A stretch of DNA of 64,000 nucleotides, taken from Gemmatimonadota bacterium. Lineage in GTDB: Bacteria; Gemmatimonadota; Gemmatimonadetes; Palauibacterales; Palauibacteraceae. A program made the position numbers and the translations under genes. The DNA lies in contig JBHHYJ010000001.1 in assembly GCA_046757485.1 (NCBI GenBank), forward strand, positions 115,454-179,453, given 5' to 3'. Below the pieces are notes generated by a model. It saw only the letters and a list, made by a program, of their open reading frames with translations, was not told the origin of the DNA and made no database searches. This document shows, one piece after another, positions 50,353-59,854 of the stretch. Numbering within the stretch: position 1 is the first letter of the stretch; the number at the start of each line of letters is the position of its first letter.

Positions 50353-51507
50353 TCAGTAGGTGAGCGCATTCGCCGTGTTGAATAGAACGACCGTTTCTCC
50401 CTCACGAAGCGCCCCGCCGCGGCGTAACCTCCGGGCCGCGGCGAGCGTCGCACCGCCCTCGATCGACGCTCCGATCCCTTCGTCTCTGCCGAGCTCTCTC
50501 GCCGCCTCCTCCATCTCGGCGTCCGACACGGCGACCGCTCCTCCTCCCGATGCGCGGATGGCGCGCAGAATGAGGAAGTCCCCCAGGGCCGCCGGCACTC
50601 GGAGTCCCCACGCTCGAGTCCGGGCCTCCGGCCAGCGCGGTGCGTCGGGCGTCCGCTCCTCCCAGGCCCGAACGATCGGTGCGCAGCCGTCGCTCTGCAC
50701 CGCGTACAACCGCGTGCGAGGGGAGCCGATTCCCAGGTCCTGGAGCTCTTCCAGCACCTTCCAGCTGGCGATGAGGCCGGTGCCGCCGCCGGTCGGGTAG
50801 ACGATCGCATCGGGCGCCCGACCGCCCAACGCCTCCACGATCTCCAGCATCATCGTCTTCTTGCCCTCGATGCGATACGGCTCCCGCAGAGTGGAGACGT
50901 TGAAGGCGCCCGTCGCCGTGGAGTGCTCGGCCGCCAGACGGCCACACTCGTCGATCAGACCTTCCACGGGCACGATCTCCGCCCCGAAGCGCCGGCAGCG
51001 CCCCTCCACACCTGCCGGGGTGTCCATCGGTAGGAAAAGCCGCGCCGGGACACCGGCCCGCGCCGCGTACGCCGAGAGAGCCGCACCGGCGTTTCCGGCG
51101 CTGGGTACGGTGAGCGACGGGGCTCCGTCGCGGACGGCCCGTGTCACGGCGGCGGAGAGACCCCGATCCTTGAAGCTTCCCGTCGGGTTTCGGCCCTCGT
51201 CCTTCACGAGGAGATCGAGCCCCAGACGGGCACCGAGACGGGCGGCGGGGAGAAGCGGCGTGTTTCCCTCGCCGAGGGTGACCGGCGTCTCGCCCTCGTC
51301 CAGCGGCAGGAGCTCCCGGAAGCGCCACATTCCCTCCCCGGCGGCCCGTCGCTCCGCCCACCGTTCGGCCAGAGCCTTGCCGCTCTTCCCGGGAGGCGGG
51401 TAGCGGACGAGCAGCGGCTTGGTGCAGGCGGGGCACACGGTGGCCAGGGCGCGGCTCGGGATCTCCCGGGCGCACGCACCGCAGCGGAGCGACCAGCGGC
51501 TCGCCAT
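50353..51507 (-). CDS. thrC: threonine synthase (PLP-dependent)
   Basis: FKDRG contains the PLP-Lys. An N-terminal Cys4 zinc-ribbon (CGAC...CPAC) is present. The ATG at 51505-51507 is preceded by GGAGAGGAAG. An alternative start lies at 51546. Confidence 0.7.
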   Translation of the reverse strand: MASRWSLRCGACAREIPSRALATVCPACTKPLLVRYPPPGKSGKALAERWAERRAAGEGMWRFRELLPLDEGETPVTLGEGNTPLLPAARLGARLGLDLLVKDEGRNPTGSFKDRGLSAAVTRAVRDGAPSLTVPSAGNAGAALSAYAARAGVPARLFLPMDTPAGVEGRCRRFGAEIVPVEGLIDECGRLAAEHSTATGAFNVSTLREPYRIEGKKTMMLEIVEALGGRAPDAIVYPTGGGTGLIASWKVLEELQDLGIGSPRTRLYAVQSDGCAPIVRAWEERTPDAPRWPEARTRAWGLRVPAALGDFLILRAIRASGGGAVAVSDAEMEEAARELGRDEGIGASIEGGATLAAARRLRRGGALREGETVVLFNTANALTY

Positions 51508-51546
51508 GGCTTCCTCTCCGGCCGTCTGGCCCGGTGAAGATGCCAC

Positions 51547-52983
51547 CTACGGGTCTCTTCCCTTCTCTACCGCCTGACCGGCGGCCGCTCGGAGCCGGCG
51601 CACGGCCCGTTCGCGACCCAGGGCGTACGCCATCTCCCCGAGCTCGGGCCCCTGGGTCTCGCCGGTGAGAGCGACCCGGATCGGATGGTACAGGGCGGCT
51701 CCCCCCAGGCGCAGCTCCTCTCCGGCACTCCGGATCTCCCCTCGCGTGGCTTCCGGTGTCCACTCGGGCAGGTGGGCCCACCGAACGGCGAGGTCCGCCA
51801 GCAGGCGCTCGGTGGACGCCGCCGCGCGCTCCGAGGGGGGGGTGGGCACGCGCGCCGGCTCGGCGAAGAGGCGCCGGGCTTCCTCGGCCGCTTCGGTGAA
51901 GAGATGGATCCGTGGCCGGGCGAGCTCGGCGAAGGCGGTGAGGTCCCGCCGAGTGAGCCCGTACGCCTCCACGGGCAGAAACGGCGTCAGCCGCTCCGCC
52001 AGAGCCTCCGGCGTTTCCCGTCGGACATGTTGGCCCGAGAGCCAGCGCATCTTCTCGAGATCCAGGATCGGAGCCGACTTGCCGAGCCGGTCGAGGTCGA
52101 TCTCCCGAATCAGGTCCGCCCGAGAGAGCACCTCCCGGCCGCTGGGGGACGACCATGAGAGAAGGGACAGGTAGTTGAGCACCGCCTCCGGGTGGTAGCC
52201 CTCCTCGCGGTACTGGCTCAGGCCGGGGGCCCGCTCCCGCTTCGAGAGCTTTCCTCCTCCCGGGGCGAGAACGGTGGGGACGTGCACGAACTCCGGCGGC
52301 GTCTCGCCCAGTGCGTCGTACAGCAGGCACTGCTTCGGCGTGTTCGCGAGGTGGCCCGCCCCACGGATGACGTGGGTGATCTCCATCAGGAGATCGTCGA
52401 CCACGACCGCGAAGTTGTACGTGGGCCGTCCGTCCGAGCGCAGGATCACCATGTCCCCGAAATCCGCCGCGTCCACGGTGATCTCGCCACGCAGGCGGTC
52501 CTGGAACGTGATCGGCCCGCTCTCGACCCGGAAGCGCACCGCGGGGGCACGCCCCTCTTCGCGAAGGCTCGCCTCCTGCGCCGGGCTGAGATCCCGGCAC
52601 CGACCGTCATATCCCGCTGCACCCCCTGCTTCCCGCCGCGCGACCAGCTCCCGGGGCGTGCAGTAGCAACGGTACGCCCGCCGTTCGTCGACCCAGCGAT
52701 CGGCAACCTCCCGGTACAGGGACAACCGTTCGCTCTGGCGGTACGGTCCGTGCGCGCCCCCCCGGACGGGGCCCTCGTCCCGGTCCAGCCCCAGCCAATC
52801 CAGCCCCGCCAGGATCGAGCGCTCGGCATCCTCCACTTGCCGCTCGAGATCCGTGTCCTCGAAGCGCAGGATGAACGCGCCGTCATAGCGGCGCGCGACG
52901 AGCCAGTTGAGCGCTGCTATCCTCGCGTTGCCCAGATGAAGCTCACCCGTCGGGCTCGGGGCGAAGCGCGTCCGGACCTTCAT
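51547..52983 (-). CDS. gltX: glutamyl-tRNA synthetase
   Basis: RFAPSPTGELHLGNAR is the HIGH-region motif, and KLSKR is the KMSKS-type motif. Confidence 0.9.
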   Translation of the reverse strand: MKVRTRFAPSPTGELHLGNARIAALNWLVARRYDGAFILRFEDTDLERQVEDAERSILAGLDWLGLDRDEGPVRGGAHGPYRQSERLSLYREVADRWVDERRAYRCYCTPRELVARREAGGAAGYDGRCRDLSPAQEASLREEGRAPAVRFRVESGPITFQDRLRGEITVDAADFGDMVILRSDGRPTYNFAVVVDDLLMEITHVIRGAGHLANTPKQCLLYDALGETPPEFVHVPTVLAPGGGKLSKRERAPGLSQYREEGYHPEAVLNYLSLLSWSSPSGREVLSRADLIREIDLDRLGKSAPILDLEKMRWLSGQHVRRETPEALAERLTPFLPVEAYGLTRRDLTAFAELARPRIHLFTEAAEEARRLFAEPARVPTPPSERAAASTERLLADLAVRWAHLPEWTPEATRGEIRSAGEELRLGGAALYHPIRVALTGETQGPELGEMAYALGRERAVRRLRAAAGQAVEKGRDP

Positions 52984-54968
52984 CGTCCTCCGGCCCGAGA
53001 GCCGCCGGACTTCAGCGGGCGGCTGTTCCGCGGCTCCGCGGTAGCTTCCCGGAGTCCACTCCGTTCACCCGGCGCGGGAGAGAGGGCCGTCCGAATCCGC
53101 TTCGCCGTGGTGGGGCCGATGCCCGGCAGACAAGACAGCTCCTCGACGCTGGCGGCGCGTACGGCCGCCAGGCTCCCGAAGCGACGCAGCAGCGCCTGCT
53201 CGCGGGCCGGCCCGACGCCGGGTATCTGGGAGAGGCGAGAGCGGAGGGTGCGCCGCCGCCGCAGGGTGCGGTTGTAGCGTAGCGCGAAGCGGTGCGACTC
53301 GTCCCGGGCGCGCTGGAGCCAGTGGAGCCCCGGATCGGCCGGATCCAGCCGCACCGGGCGGCGGGAGTCGGGCCGAAAGATCTCCTCCTCGCGCTTGGCC
53401 AGGGCCACGATGGGGAGGTCGGAGACGCCACACGCCTCCATCCCCTGCCGCGCGGCGGAGAGCTGACCCCGACCTCCGTCCACCACCACGAGATCCGGAA
53501 GTCGCCCGCCTTCGCGCACTCGGCGGCTGAAGTAGCGGCCGACGATCTCCTGCATCATCGCGTAGTCGTCTACCTGACCGACGTCGGTGAGCCGGATGCG
53601 GAAGCGCCGGTACTCCTCCCGGCGTGGCCGTCCTGCTTCGAGCCATACCGCGCTACCGGCCGACTCGGCCCCGGCAAGTGTGGATACGTCGAAGCACAAC
53701 AGGGAGCGGGGCGGCTCCTCCAGCTCCAGCGCCGCGGCCAGGCGCCGGGCAGGCTCGGGAGACGTCCCGCCCGAGGCCGTGCTGGACCGGCGGGCCTTCT
53801 CCCGTGGCGAGGAGGCGTCGGCCTCTGGGCGCTCCTGGGCGAGGAGATGGGCCGCGTTCGCCCGGGCCAGTTCGAGGAGCCGCCGCTTGGCGCCGCGCGC
53901 GGGCACCCGGATGGTGAACGGCGCGTCCCGCCGGACGGACAGGTACTCCTCGACCAGCACCCTGTCCGGAAAGTCGGTGGGAACGAGGAGCTCGGGCGCC
54001 AGCTCCTCGCGACGCAGATAGACGGCCTTCACCAGGGCACCGACCACCTCCGATGCCTCATCTCGCTCCACGTTCCGCAGATAGTGGACCTGGCGACCGA
54101 GGAGCCGGCCTTCGCGCACCTTGAGCACGACCCCGCACGCGACATCCCTCCGCCGAGCCAGCCCGAGCACGTCCCGGTCGCCTCCCCGGTAGTCCACCGC
54201 GGTCTGCTTGCGCTCCAGGGCTCGGAGCCCCCGAAGCACGTCCCGGAGCTCGGCGGCGCGCTCGAACTCCAGCCGTCCCGAGCTCTCCCGCATGCGCTCC
54301 TCGACCTGTCGTCGAACGCTCGAGGTGTGGCCGGCCAGGATCTCGAGGATCTCCTCGATCATCGCTCGATACTCCGCCTCCGATTGTCGGCCGGCACACG
54401 GGGCCTTGCAGCGCCCGATGTGGTAGTCCAGGCAGGGGCGCTCGGGCAGCTCGTCCGGCATGCGGTAGTGGCAGCTGCGGACCGTGTAGATGCGCTTGAT
54501 GACGCGCAGCGCGCGCCGCATGCTCCGCACGTTGGTGAACGGCCCGAAGTAGCGGGAGCCGTCGGCCCGCAGCCTCCGGGTGACGAAGATACGCGGGAAC
54601 GGCTCTCCGACGGTGACCTTGATGTACGGGTAGCTCTTGTCGTCCCGGAGTTGGATGTTAAAGCGGGGCCGGTGCTGGCGGATCAGGTTCCACTCGAGCA
54701 GCAGCGCCTCCGCCTCGGAGGAGGTGATGAACGTCTCCAGCGAGCGGATCCCGCGAGTCAGGCTCCGGAGCCGGGGGGTCGGGTCTGCCTGAGCTCCGAA
54801 ATACTCCGCCACGCGGCTCCGGAGAGCTCTCGCCTTGCCGACGTACAGCACCTCCCCCGCCGAGCCTCGAAACAGGTAGACGCCCGGCTCGTTCGGGAGG
54901 GCCTTCACCTGCGCCGCGAGAGGATCCCTCGGCGTGGCCTCCTTCCGCGAGACGTCCTTCGGGGTCAT
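52980..54968 (-). CDS. uvrC: excinuclease ABC subunit C
   Basis: GIY-YIG N-terminus (EPGVYLFRGSAGEVLYVGKARAL...RVAEYF), followed by UvrBC and RNaseH-like domains and a C-terminal HhH (LSQIPGVGP). Start ATG at 54966-54968. The upstream 370 aa of the supplied 1036 aa ORF overlap murJ and are rejected. Confidence 0.85.
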   Translation of the reverse strand: MTPKDVSRKEATPRDPLAAQVKALPNEPGVYLFRGSAGEVLYVGKARALRSRVAEYFGAQADPTPRLRSLTRGIRSLETFITSSEAEALLLEWNLIRQHRPRFNIQLRDDKSYPYIKVTVGEPFPRIFVTRRLRADGSRYFGPFTNVRSMRRALRVIKRIYTVRSCHYRMPDELPERPCLDYHIGRCKAPCAGRQSEAEYRAMIEEILEILAGHTSSVRRQVEERMRESSGRLEFERAAELRDVLRGLRALERKQTAVDYRGGDRDVLGLARRRDVACGVVLKVREGRLLGRQVHYLRNVERDEASEVVGALVKAVYLRREELAPELLVPTDFPDRVLVEEYLSVRRDAPFTIRVPARGAKRRLLELARANAAHLLAQERPEADASSPREKARRSSTASGGTSPEPARRLAAALELEEPPRSLLCFDVSTLAGAESAGSAVWLEAGRPRREEYRRFRIRLTDVGQVDDYAMMQEIVGRYFSRRVREGGRLPDLVVVDGGRGQLSAARQGMEACGVSDLPIVALAKREEEIFRPDSRRPVRLDPADPGLHWLQRARDESHRFALRYNRTLRRRRTLRSRLSQIPGVGPAREQALLRRFGSLAAVRAASVEELSCLPGIGPTTAKRIRTALSPAPGERSGLREATAEPRNSRPLKSGGSRAGGR

Positions 54969-56533
54969 GCCGAGTCGTTCCGGGGGCTCGGGTCCGACGG
55001 TGCAGGTGGACGGCCGGCGATCCACACGTATGCTACCCCGGCCGCGAAGAGCGTTCCGGCCAACACGGCCAGGCGGGGCGCCAGCGCCGCCTCTCCGAAG
55101 CCGGCCGCGAGCCCCGCTCGGGCGAGGAAGCCCGCCGCCCCCCCGATCCCGCTGGCGGCCGCCAGCCGCAGGACCCGCTCCACCGAGGACCGATCGAAGA
55201 GCGGACCGATTCGGCTCCCCAGGCCGTGCCACAGGAGGCCCAGATTCAGCCACGCTCCCGCCGCCCCCCCGAGGGTGAGACCGGCCGCCGACGCCGCCCC
55301 GAAGCCGGCCGAGCGGAGCCATAGCATCAGAACGGCTCCGGTGAGGATCCCGAGCCCGACGCCCACGATGGCGAAGCGCATCGGCGTGCGGGTGTCCTGC
55401 ATGGCGTGGAAGCCGCTCGCGAACAGCTTCACGGAGCTCGATGCCACGAGGCCCAGCGCGTAGGCCGCGAGGATCCAGCTCACCAGCTGGGCGCTCTCGG
55501 CGTCGAAGGCACCCCGCTGGAAGAGGGCTCGGACGATGAGGTCGCCGAACAGAATGAGCGCCACGCAGGAGGGGAGAACGAAGTAGAGGATCTGGTCGAA
55601 GCCGGCCACCAGACGGCCGCGGAGGGCGTCGGCTCCCGTGTGGCGGGACATCTCGGGCAGCGAAGCGGTGGCCACGGACACGCCGAACAGGCTGAGCGGC
55701 AGATAAGCCACTCGCTGGGCGTAGTACAGCCCGGCCACCGCCCCCCCGGGCAACAGGCTGGCCAGCACGACCTCCAGGAAAGAGGAGAGCTGGAAGATGC
55801 CCTGCCCTGCCACGACGGGGACCATGTTGCGGAACACTCGCCGCACCGGCTCCCAGCTCCAGGCGATCACGGGGCCGAGCCGGCCGACGAGTCGCCGTGC
55901 GGTCGGAAGCTGCACGCCGAGCTGGAGGAGGCTCCCGACCAGGGTCGACCAGGCGAGGACGTGAACGAGGGAGGGCCAGCCGAACCGCGCTCCGAGGAGA
56001 AGACCCACGATCTGCGCCCCGTTCCACAGCACCGGCGCCGCAAACGGGAGGAAGAACCGCCGGTGACTCGTCAGGACACCCAGAGACCAAGCGGCGAGGA
56101 TCATCACCCCGGCCATAGGAAAGAGGATGCGAACGAGCTCGGTCGTCAGCTCCTTCCCCTCCGGGCCGAACCCTGGCGCGACCACGCGGGTCAGCAGCGG
56201 GGCGAACAGGATGCCGAGACCGGCCAGCAGGCCCGCCAGCCCCAGCATGATCGTCAGGACGCCACGAGCCAGGCGCTGCGCCGATGCCGCGGAGCCGTCC
56301 TCCTCTCCCAGCAGCGCGCTGTACACGGGGACGAAGGAGGCGGAGAGCGTGCCCTCGCCCAGCAGGTTCCGCAGGACGTTGGGGATGCGCAGGGCGGCGG
56401 CGTACGCGTCCGCCGCCAGGCTCGTTCCGAAGAAGAAGGCGATCGCGAGGTCGCGGACGTAGCCTGCCAGGCGGCTGAGGAGGATCCCCGCCCCGACGGA
56501 TACCGCCGAGCGGGTCGTGGAGCGGTGGATCAA
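54965..56533 (-). CDS. murJ: lipid II flippase MurJ (MviN)
   Basis: A 522 aa polytopic protein. LSRLAGYVRDLAIAFFFGTS...FVPVYS is the MurJ N-terminal signature. Its stop overlaps the uvrC start. Confidence 0.85.
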   Translation of the reverse strand: MIHRSTTRSAVSVGAGILLSRLAGYVRDLAIAFFFGTSLAADAYAAALRIPNVLRNLLGEGTLSASFVPVYSALLGEEDGSAASAQRLARGVLTIMLGLAGLLAGLGILFAPLLTRVVAPGFGPEGKELTTELVRILFPMAGVMILAAWSLGVLTSHRRFFLPFAAPVLWNGAQIVGLLLGARFGWPSLVHVLAWSTLVGSLLQLGVQLPTARRLVGRLGPVIAWSWEPVRRVFRNMVPVVAGQGIFQLSSFLEVVLASLLPGGAVAGLYYAQRVAYLPLSLFGVSVATASLPEMSRHTGADALRGRLVAGFDQILYFVLPSCVALILFGDLIVRALFQRGAFDAESAQLVSWILAAYALGLVASSSVKLFASGFHAMQDTRTPMRFAIVGVGLGILTGAVLMLWLRSAGFGAASAAGLTLGGAAGAWLNLGLLWHGLGSRIGPLFDRSSVERVLRLAAASGIGGAAGFLARAGLAAGFGEAALAPRLAVLAGTLFAAGVAYVWIAGRPPAPSDPSPRNDSA

Positions 56534-56540
56534 CCCGTCC

Positions 56541-56837
56541 TCAGCTCCCGGATCCGCTTTCGGGACCCTCTCGCCCGGGAGGGAGCGGCGACGCCTCCGG
56601 CGGGCCCTCGACGAGAGAGCGGAGAAACTCCGATTCTTCCTGAAGACTCTCCACCGAGCTGCTCAGGTACTCGACCTCCGCCTCCAGCGCTTCCAGCCGG
56701 CTTCCCAGCTCCTCGTCGCCGCCGAGGGCGCGGCGCGATGAGATCCGATCCGCCAGAGCTTGGCCGATCTGGGAGTCGATCACGATGGCGAGCACGGGGA
56801 TCAACAACACGAGCACGATGACGAACGCCCACACCAT
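56541..56837 (-). CDS. small membrane protein, PspB-like (TM helix plus coiled coil)
   Basis: MVWAFVIVLVLLIPVLAIVI is the TM helix, and LEALEAEVEYLSSSVESLQEESEFL is the coiled coil. The ATG at 56835-56837 sits downstream of a promoter-like element. The upstream 44 aa of the supplied ORF are rejected. Confidence 0.5.
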   Translation of the reverse strand: MVWAFVIVLVLLIPVLAIVIDSQIGQALADRISSRRALGGDEELGSRLEALEAEVEYLSSSVESLQEESEFLRSLVEGPPEASPLPPGREGPESGSGS

Positions 56838-56893
56838 CTCAGTATCCCGGTCGGCCGGCGAGCCGGCGGTTCTCGGCCAGATTCTCGGCTTGG

Positions 56894-56922
56894 ATTCTAC
56901 CCACCGCTTCTCCCCCCAGCAA
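56894..56922 (-). promoter_or_regulatory. sigma-70-like promoter candidate (minus strand) for the small-protein/murJ/uvrC genes
   Basis: Read on the minus strand: TTGCTG (56917-56922), a 17-nt spacer, then TAGAAT (56894-56899). It lies about 55 nt upstream of the start codon. Confidence 0.4.
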
Positions 56923-56972
56923 ACGCGCACCGAGCGCGGGGAAGCGTACCGACGGGAGTTGCGTCGCACCGA

Positions 56973-56999
56973 CCCCCGGCGACGGAGACCGGGGCTCCG
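56973..56999 (-). terminator. GC hairpin immediately downstream of bshC
   Basis: CCCCGG-cgacggaga-CCGGGG, or the alternative CGGAG...CTCCG. It lies directly after the bshC stop. No U-tract. Confidence 0.3.
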
Positions 57000-58595
57000 T
57001 CACTCCCGTGGCGGGGCGTCGGGCCACAGGGGAGGCGTCGCCTCGGCCCCGCGTCGGGCCAGCTCCTTGAGGAACGACGCGCCGTACCGAGCCAGGAAGT
57101 AGAGGGGACTGGCCACCCGCTCCTGCGGCTTGCCGCCCGGATAGAGATGCAACGCGGCCTTGCGGATCTGTCCCCTGAGCACCTCCTGATCCTCGCGGAT
57201 GCGGGAGTCGATCCGCTTCTCCAGGTCGCCGACGGCCTGGAAAAGCTGGCTCTTGGCCTTGCCGGCCGCAGACCGAATCCCGGATAGATGAGCTCCGATC
57301 GCCTCCTCTACCCGGTCCATCTCGTGTCCCAGGGACGCGCGCAGCGCCCGGAGAGCCTCGGACACCGCCTCGGGCCGAGCCTGATGCAGGTGGCGTTCCG
57401 CCACGGCCCGCCCTCCGTCGGCCAGCTCCGACGGCTCCGCCCCCGACTTTTCCAGTACCTTGCCGATCTTCTGCTCGAGCACCAGCCAGGACAGCCTCGG
57501 CCGGACGGGAGGAAACGGCGTGTCCAGGCTCCGGAAGAGGTCGTGGAGCTGCGACCAGTAGGCGATCTCCCCGGGACCGAGGACGGTCGCCCCGACGGGC
57601 AGCAGCCAGGACTCCAGCACCGGGCGGAGCGCGACGTTCGGACTGAACCGCTCGGGGCTCTCGGCAAGCGCCGCGAGGATCTCCTCGCGCGGTGGCCGGG
57701 AACCCGGGTCCTCGGCGCCTTCCTTCCAGCGAATCCGCTCGCGCATCGTTCCCGTGTCGAGGAAGACGGTGGTCGCACCCGGCTCCAGGTGGATCGGAGG
57801 GTCATACCCCGCGCCCCGGATCCGGCGTGCCCCTTCCTCCAGCCCCCGCTCCAGGGCCTCGGCCTCCCGGAGCGCCCGCTCGAGAAGAGGAACCGCGGCC
57901 CGCTTCACCTCGGGGCTGGCCGAATCCAGCCAGGCGAAGCGTACGCCGTCGGCCACCCCGCCCAGGAGGCCGGCAAACCCCTCGGCCAACGTGAGACCGG
58001 GCCGATACGTGTCTCGAAGCAAGGTGATGTAGGTATCCGTAAGTGGACTACCAGGAAGATACTTGGCCACGTCATCGATCAGGTCCGCGATCCCGTCGGG
58101 CACGGGGGCGATCCCCACGGAACGCCGCTCGGCGCCCGAGGGGGGCAACAGCCGAACCTCCCGAAGCTCGTTGCGCGTGTCGATGACCCGGGTCGCCCCG
58201 ACCTCTTGCCAGTCATGATCGTCCGAGGCGATCCAGAAGAGGGCCAGGGCGGGACGTCCGGTGAGCCGCTCGAGCCTCCGGGCGACCTCCACGGCGGAGA
58301 GGAGCTTGTAGAGGACGTACAGGGGTCCGAGAAAGAGCACGGGCTGATGGCCGGCGGTGACGAAGACCCCGTCTCCTTCCAGGATGCGGGCCAGTCGCTC
58401 GCGGGCCCCCGGGCCCGAGGCGTGGAACGCCTCGCCCGGCAGGCGAGAGGCCCCCGGCGAAGCGGTGGGCGGCGCCGGCTCCCAGGCGGTGGGCGGAAAC
58501 AGCTCTCGGGCCGTCCCCTCCCCGCGCAGGAACGCGTCGGCCAGTCCGCCCGGGGGAGCCAGGGGGGCCGGGACCAGCGCCGGGGCGCCGCTCAC
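57000..58595 (-). CDS. bshC: bacillithiol biosynthesis cysteine-adding enzyme BshC
   Basis: VFVTAGHQPVLFLGPLYVLYKLLSAVEVARRL...ALFWIASDDHDWQEV parallels the BshC signature region (VVTGQQAGLLTGPLYTIHKII...VFWIASEDHDFDEV). A GTG at 58593-58595 overlaps the upstream methyltransferase stop. The preceding 239 aa of the supplied ORF are low-complexity and rejected. Confidence 0.7.
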   Translation of the reverse strand: MSGAPALVPAPLAPPGGLADAFLRGEGTARELFPPTAWEPAPPTASPGASRLPGEAFHASGPGARERLARILEGDGVFVTAGHQPVLFLGPLYVLYKLLSAVEVARRLERLTGRPALALFWIASDDHDWQEVGATRVIDTRNELREVRLLPPSGAERRSVGIAPVPDGIADLIDDVAKYLPGSPLTDTYITLLRDTYRPGLTLAEGFAGLLGGVADGVRFAWLDSASPEVKRAAVPLLERALREAEALERGLEEGARRIRGAGYDPPIHLEPGATTVFLDTGTMRERIRWKEGAEDPGSRPPREEILAALAESPERFSPNVALRPVLESWLLPVGATVLGPGEIAYWSQLHDLFRSLDTPFPPVRPRLSWLVLEQKIGKVLEKSGAEPSELADGGRAVAERHLHQARPEAVSEALRALRASLGHEMDRVEEAIGAHLSGIRSAAGKAKSQLFQAVGDLEKRIDSRIREDQEVLRGQIRKAALHLYPGGKPQERVASPLYFLARYGASFLKELARRGAEATPPLWPDAPPRE

Positions 58596-59329
58596 GTGCG
58601 TCGGCCGAGGAGGATGAGCCGGGGGGAGTCGGGGCCGAACGGGCTCCCATCGTAATCGCCGAACCGTTGCGCCACCTCCAAACCCTCCTCCGCCAGGATC
58701 CCCTCGAGATCCCGTGGCTCGTACAGGCGCACTCTCTCGTGGTGCACTTCGACCTCCGCGCCGGGACGGTGGACCTCGATCCGCTTCACGACCAACGTTC
58801 CCTCCACCCACCGTCGCTGGAGGATCGTGTGGTCCCCGCGATGGTCTTCGTCCTCCGGAACGAGGCTCGCCCGCACTCGGGCGGCGTTCAGGTAGTCGAG
58901 AAGGAACGCGCCACCGTCTCGCAGCACGCGGGCCATCTCCCCGGCCACCTGCCGATCCTCCTCCGGAGCGGCGAAGTAGCCGAAGGAGGTGAAGAAGTTC
59001 GTCACGATGTCGAACGCCCCTCGCCGGAACGGCAGGCGTCGCATGTCGCCGCGGACGAGCCGGAGGGGGCGAGGAGCGGATCGCCGTGCCTCGGCCAGGA
59101 GCGTCGGAGAGAGGTCGAACCCCACGGGGCTCAGATCCGCGCGCGCCATGGCCCGCAGGTGGCGGCCGGCTCCACACGCGAGGTCGAGAATACAGGCGTT
59201 CCGGCGTTCGCCCAGCAGCGGGTGAAGGAGCCGAACCGCCATCTCGGCCTCCTCCTCGTCGCGATGGGGATAGAGGGCGAGGTACGTATCGCCGAACCAG
59301 CTCCGAAACCACTCCCCGGAGCTCGTCAC
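58592..59329 (-). CDS. class I SAM-dependent methyltransferase
   Basis: ILDLACGAGRH is motif I, and LRDGGAFLLDY follows. GTG start. Overlapping stop and start codons couple it to rlmH and bshC. Confidence 0.7.
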   Translation of the reverse strand: MTSSGEWFRSWFGDTYLALYPHRDEEEAEMAVRLLHPLLGERRNACILDLACGAGRHLRAMARADLSPVGFDLSPTLLAEARRSAPRPLRLVRGDMRRLPFRRGAFDIVTNFFTSFGYFAAPEEDRQVAGEMARVLRDGGAFLLDYLNAARVRASLVPEDEDHRGDHTILQRRWVEGTLVVKRIEVHRPGAEVEVHHERVRLYEPRDLEGILAEEGLEVAQRFGDYDGSPFGPDSPRLILLGRRT

Positions 59330-59799
59330 GTACCCTTGTGATACGGTTCGCCGCGTAGGATCGTCCCGGCGCGGTACAGTTGTTCGACCAGGACGAGGCG
59401 AGCGATCTCGTGGGGCAGGGTCATGCGGGAGAGAGCGATGCGCCTCCGGGACCGATCCAGCAGGGCGGCCGAAAGACCGTGGGCTCCGCCGAGAAGAAAC
59501 GCCGCTCCCGGGCGGGCGTACGTCGCCATCTCCTCCAGGTAGGCGGCGAGCGCCCGGGAATCCATCAGCTCCCCCTGCCGGGTGAGCGCCGTGATCTCCA
59601 GCTCGTCCGGCACGGCCCCCAGAAGGGCGGTCTCCTCGATGGCCCGGGCCCGGTCGGCCGCCGAATCGGGCAGGGATGCGGACGGCAGCTCGACCACCTT
59701 CAGACGGAAGTAGCGGGAAGCTCTGCGCTCATACGCGTGGATCGTGTCTCGCAAGCCCGGAGTGCGGACGCGACCCACCGCGGCGATCATCAGCTGCAT
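59326..59799 (-). CDS. rlmH: 23S rRNA (pseudouridine1915-N3)-methyltransferase RlmH
   Basis: A 157 aa SPOUT-family protein beginning MQLMIAAVGR, with C-terminus LVLVEQLYRAGTILRGEPYHK. The upstream part of the supplied ORF is rejected. Confidence 0.8.
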   Translation of the reverse strand: MQLMIAAVGRVRTPGLRDTIHAYERRASRYFRLKVVELPSASLPDSAADRARAIEETALLGAVPDELEITALTRQGELMDSRALAAYLEEMATYARPGAAFLLGGAHGLSAALLDRSRRRIALSRMTLPHEIARLVLVEQLYRAGTILRGEPYHKGT

Positions 59800-59854
59800 C
59801 GTCTCTTCGGCGGACGCCCGGGTGCCGGGTCGCCCTTCGCCCGATGGCCGTTTC

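Noticed and set aside
52980-56090. 1036 aa ORF treated as one protein
   Set aside because: Only the C-terminal 662 aa (from ATG 54968) are UvrC. The upstream part overlaps murJ in another frame.
57000-59312. 770 aa ORF treated as one protein
   Set aside because: The first 239 aa are low-complexity and overlap the methyltransferase gene. The BshC homology starts at the GTG at 58595.
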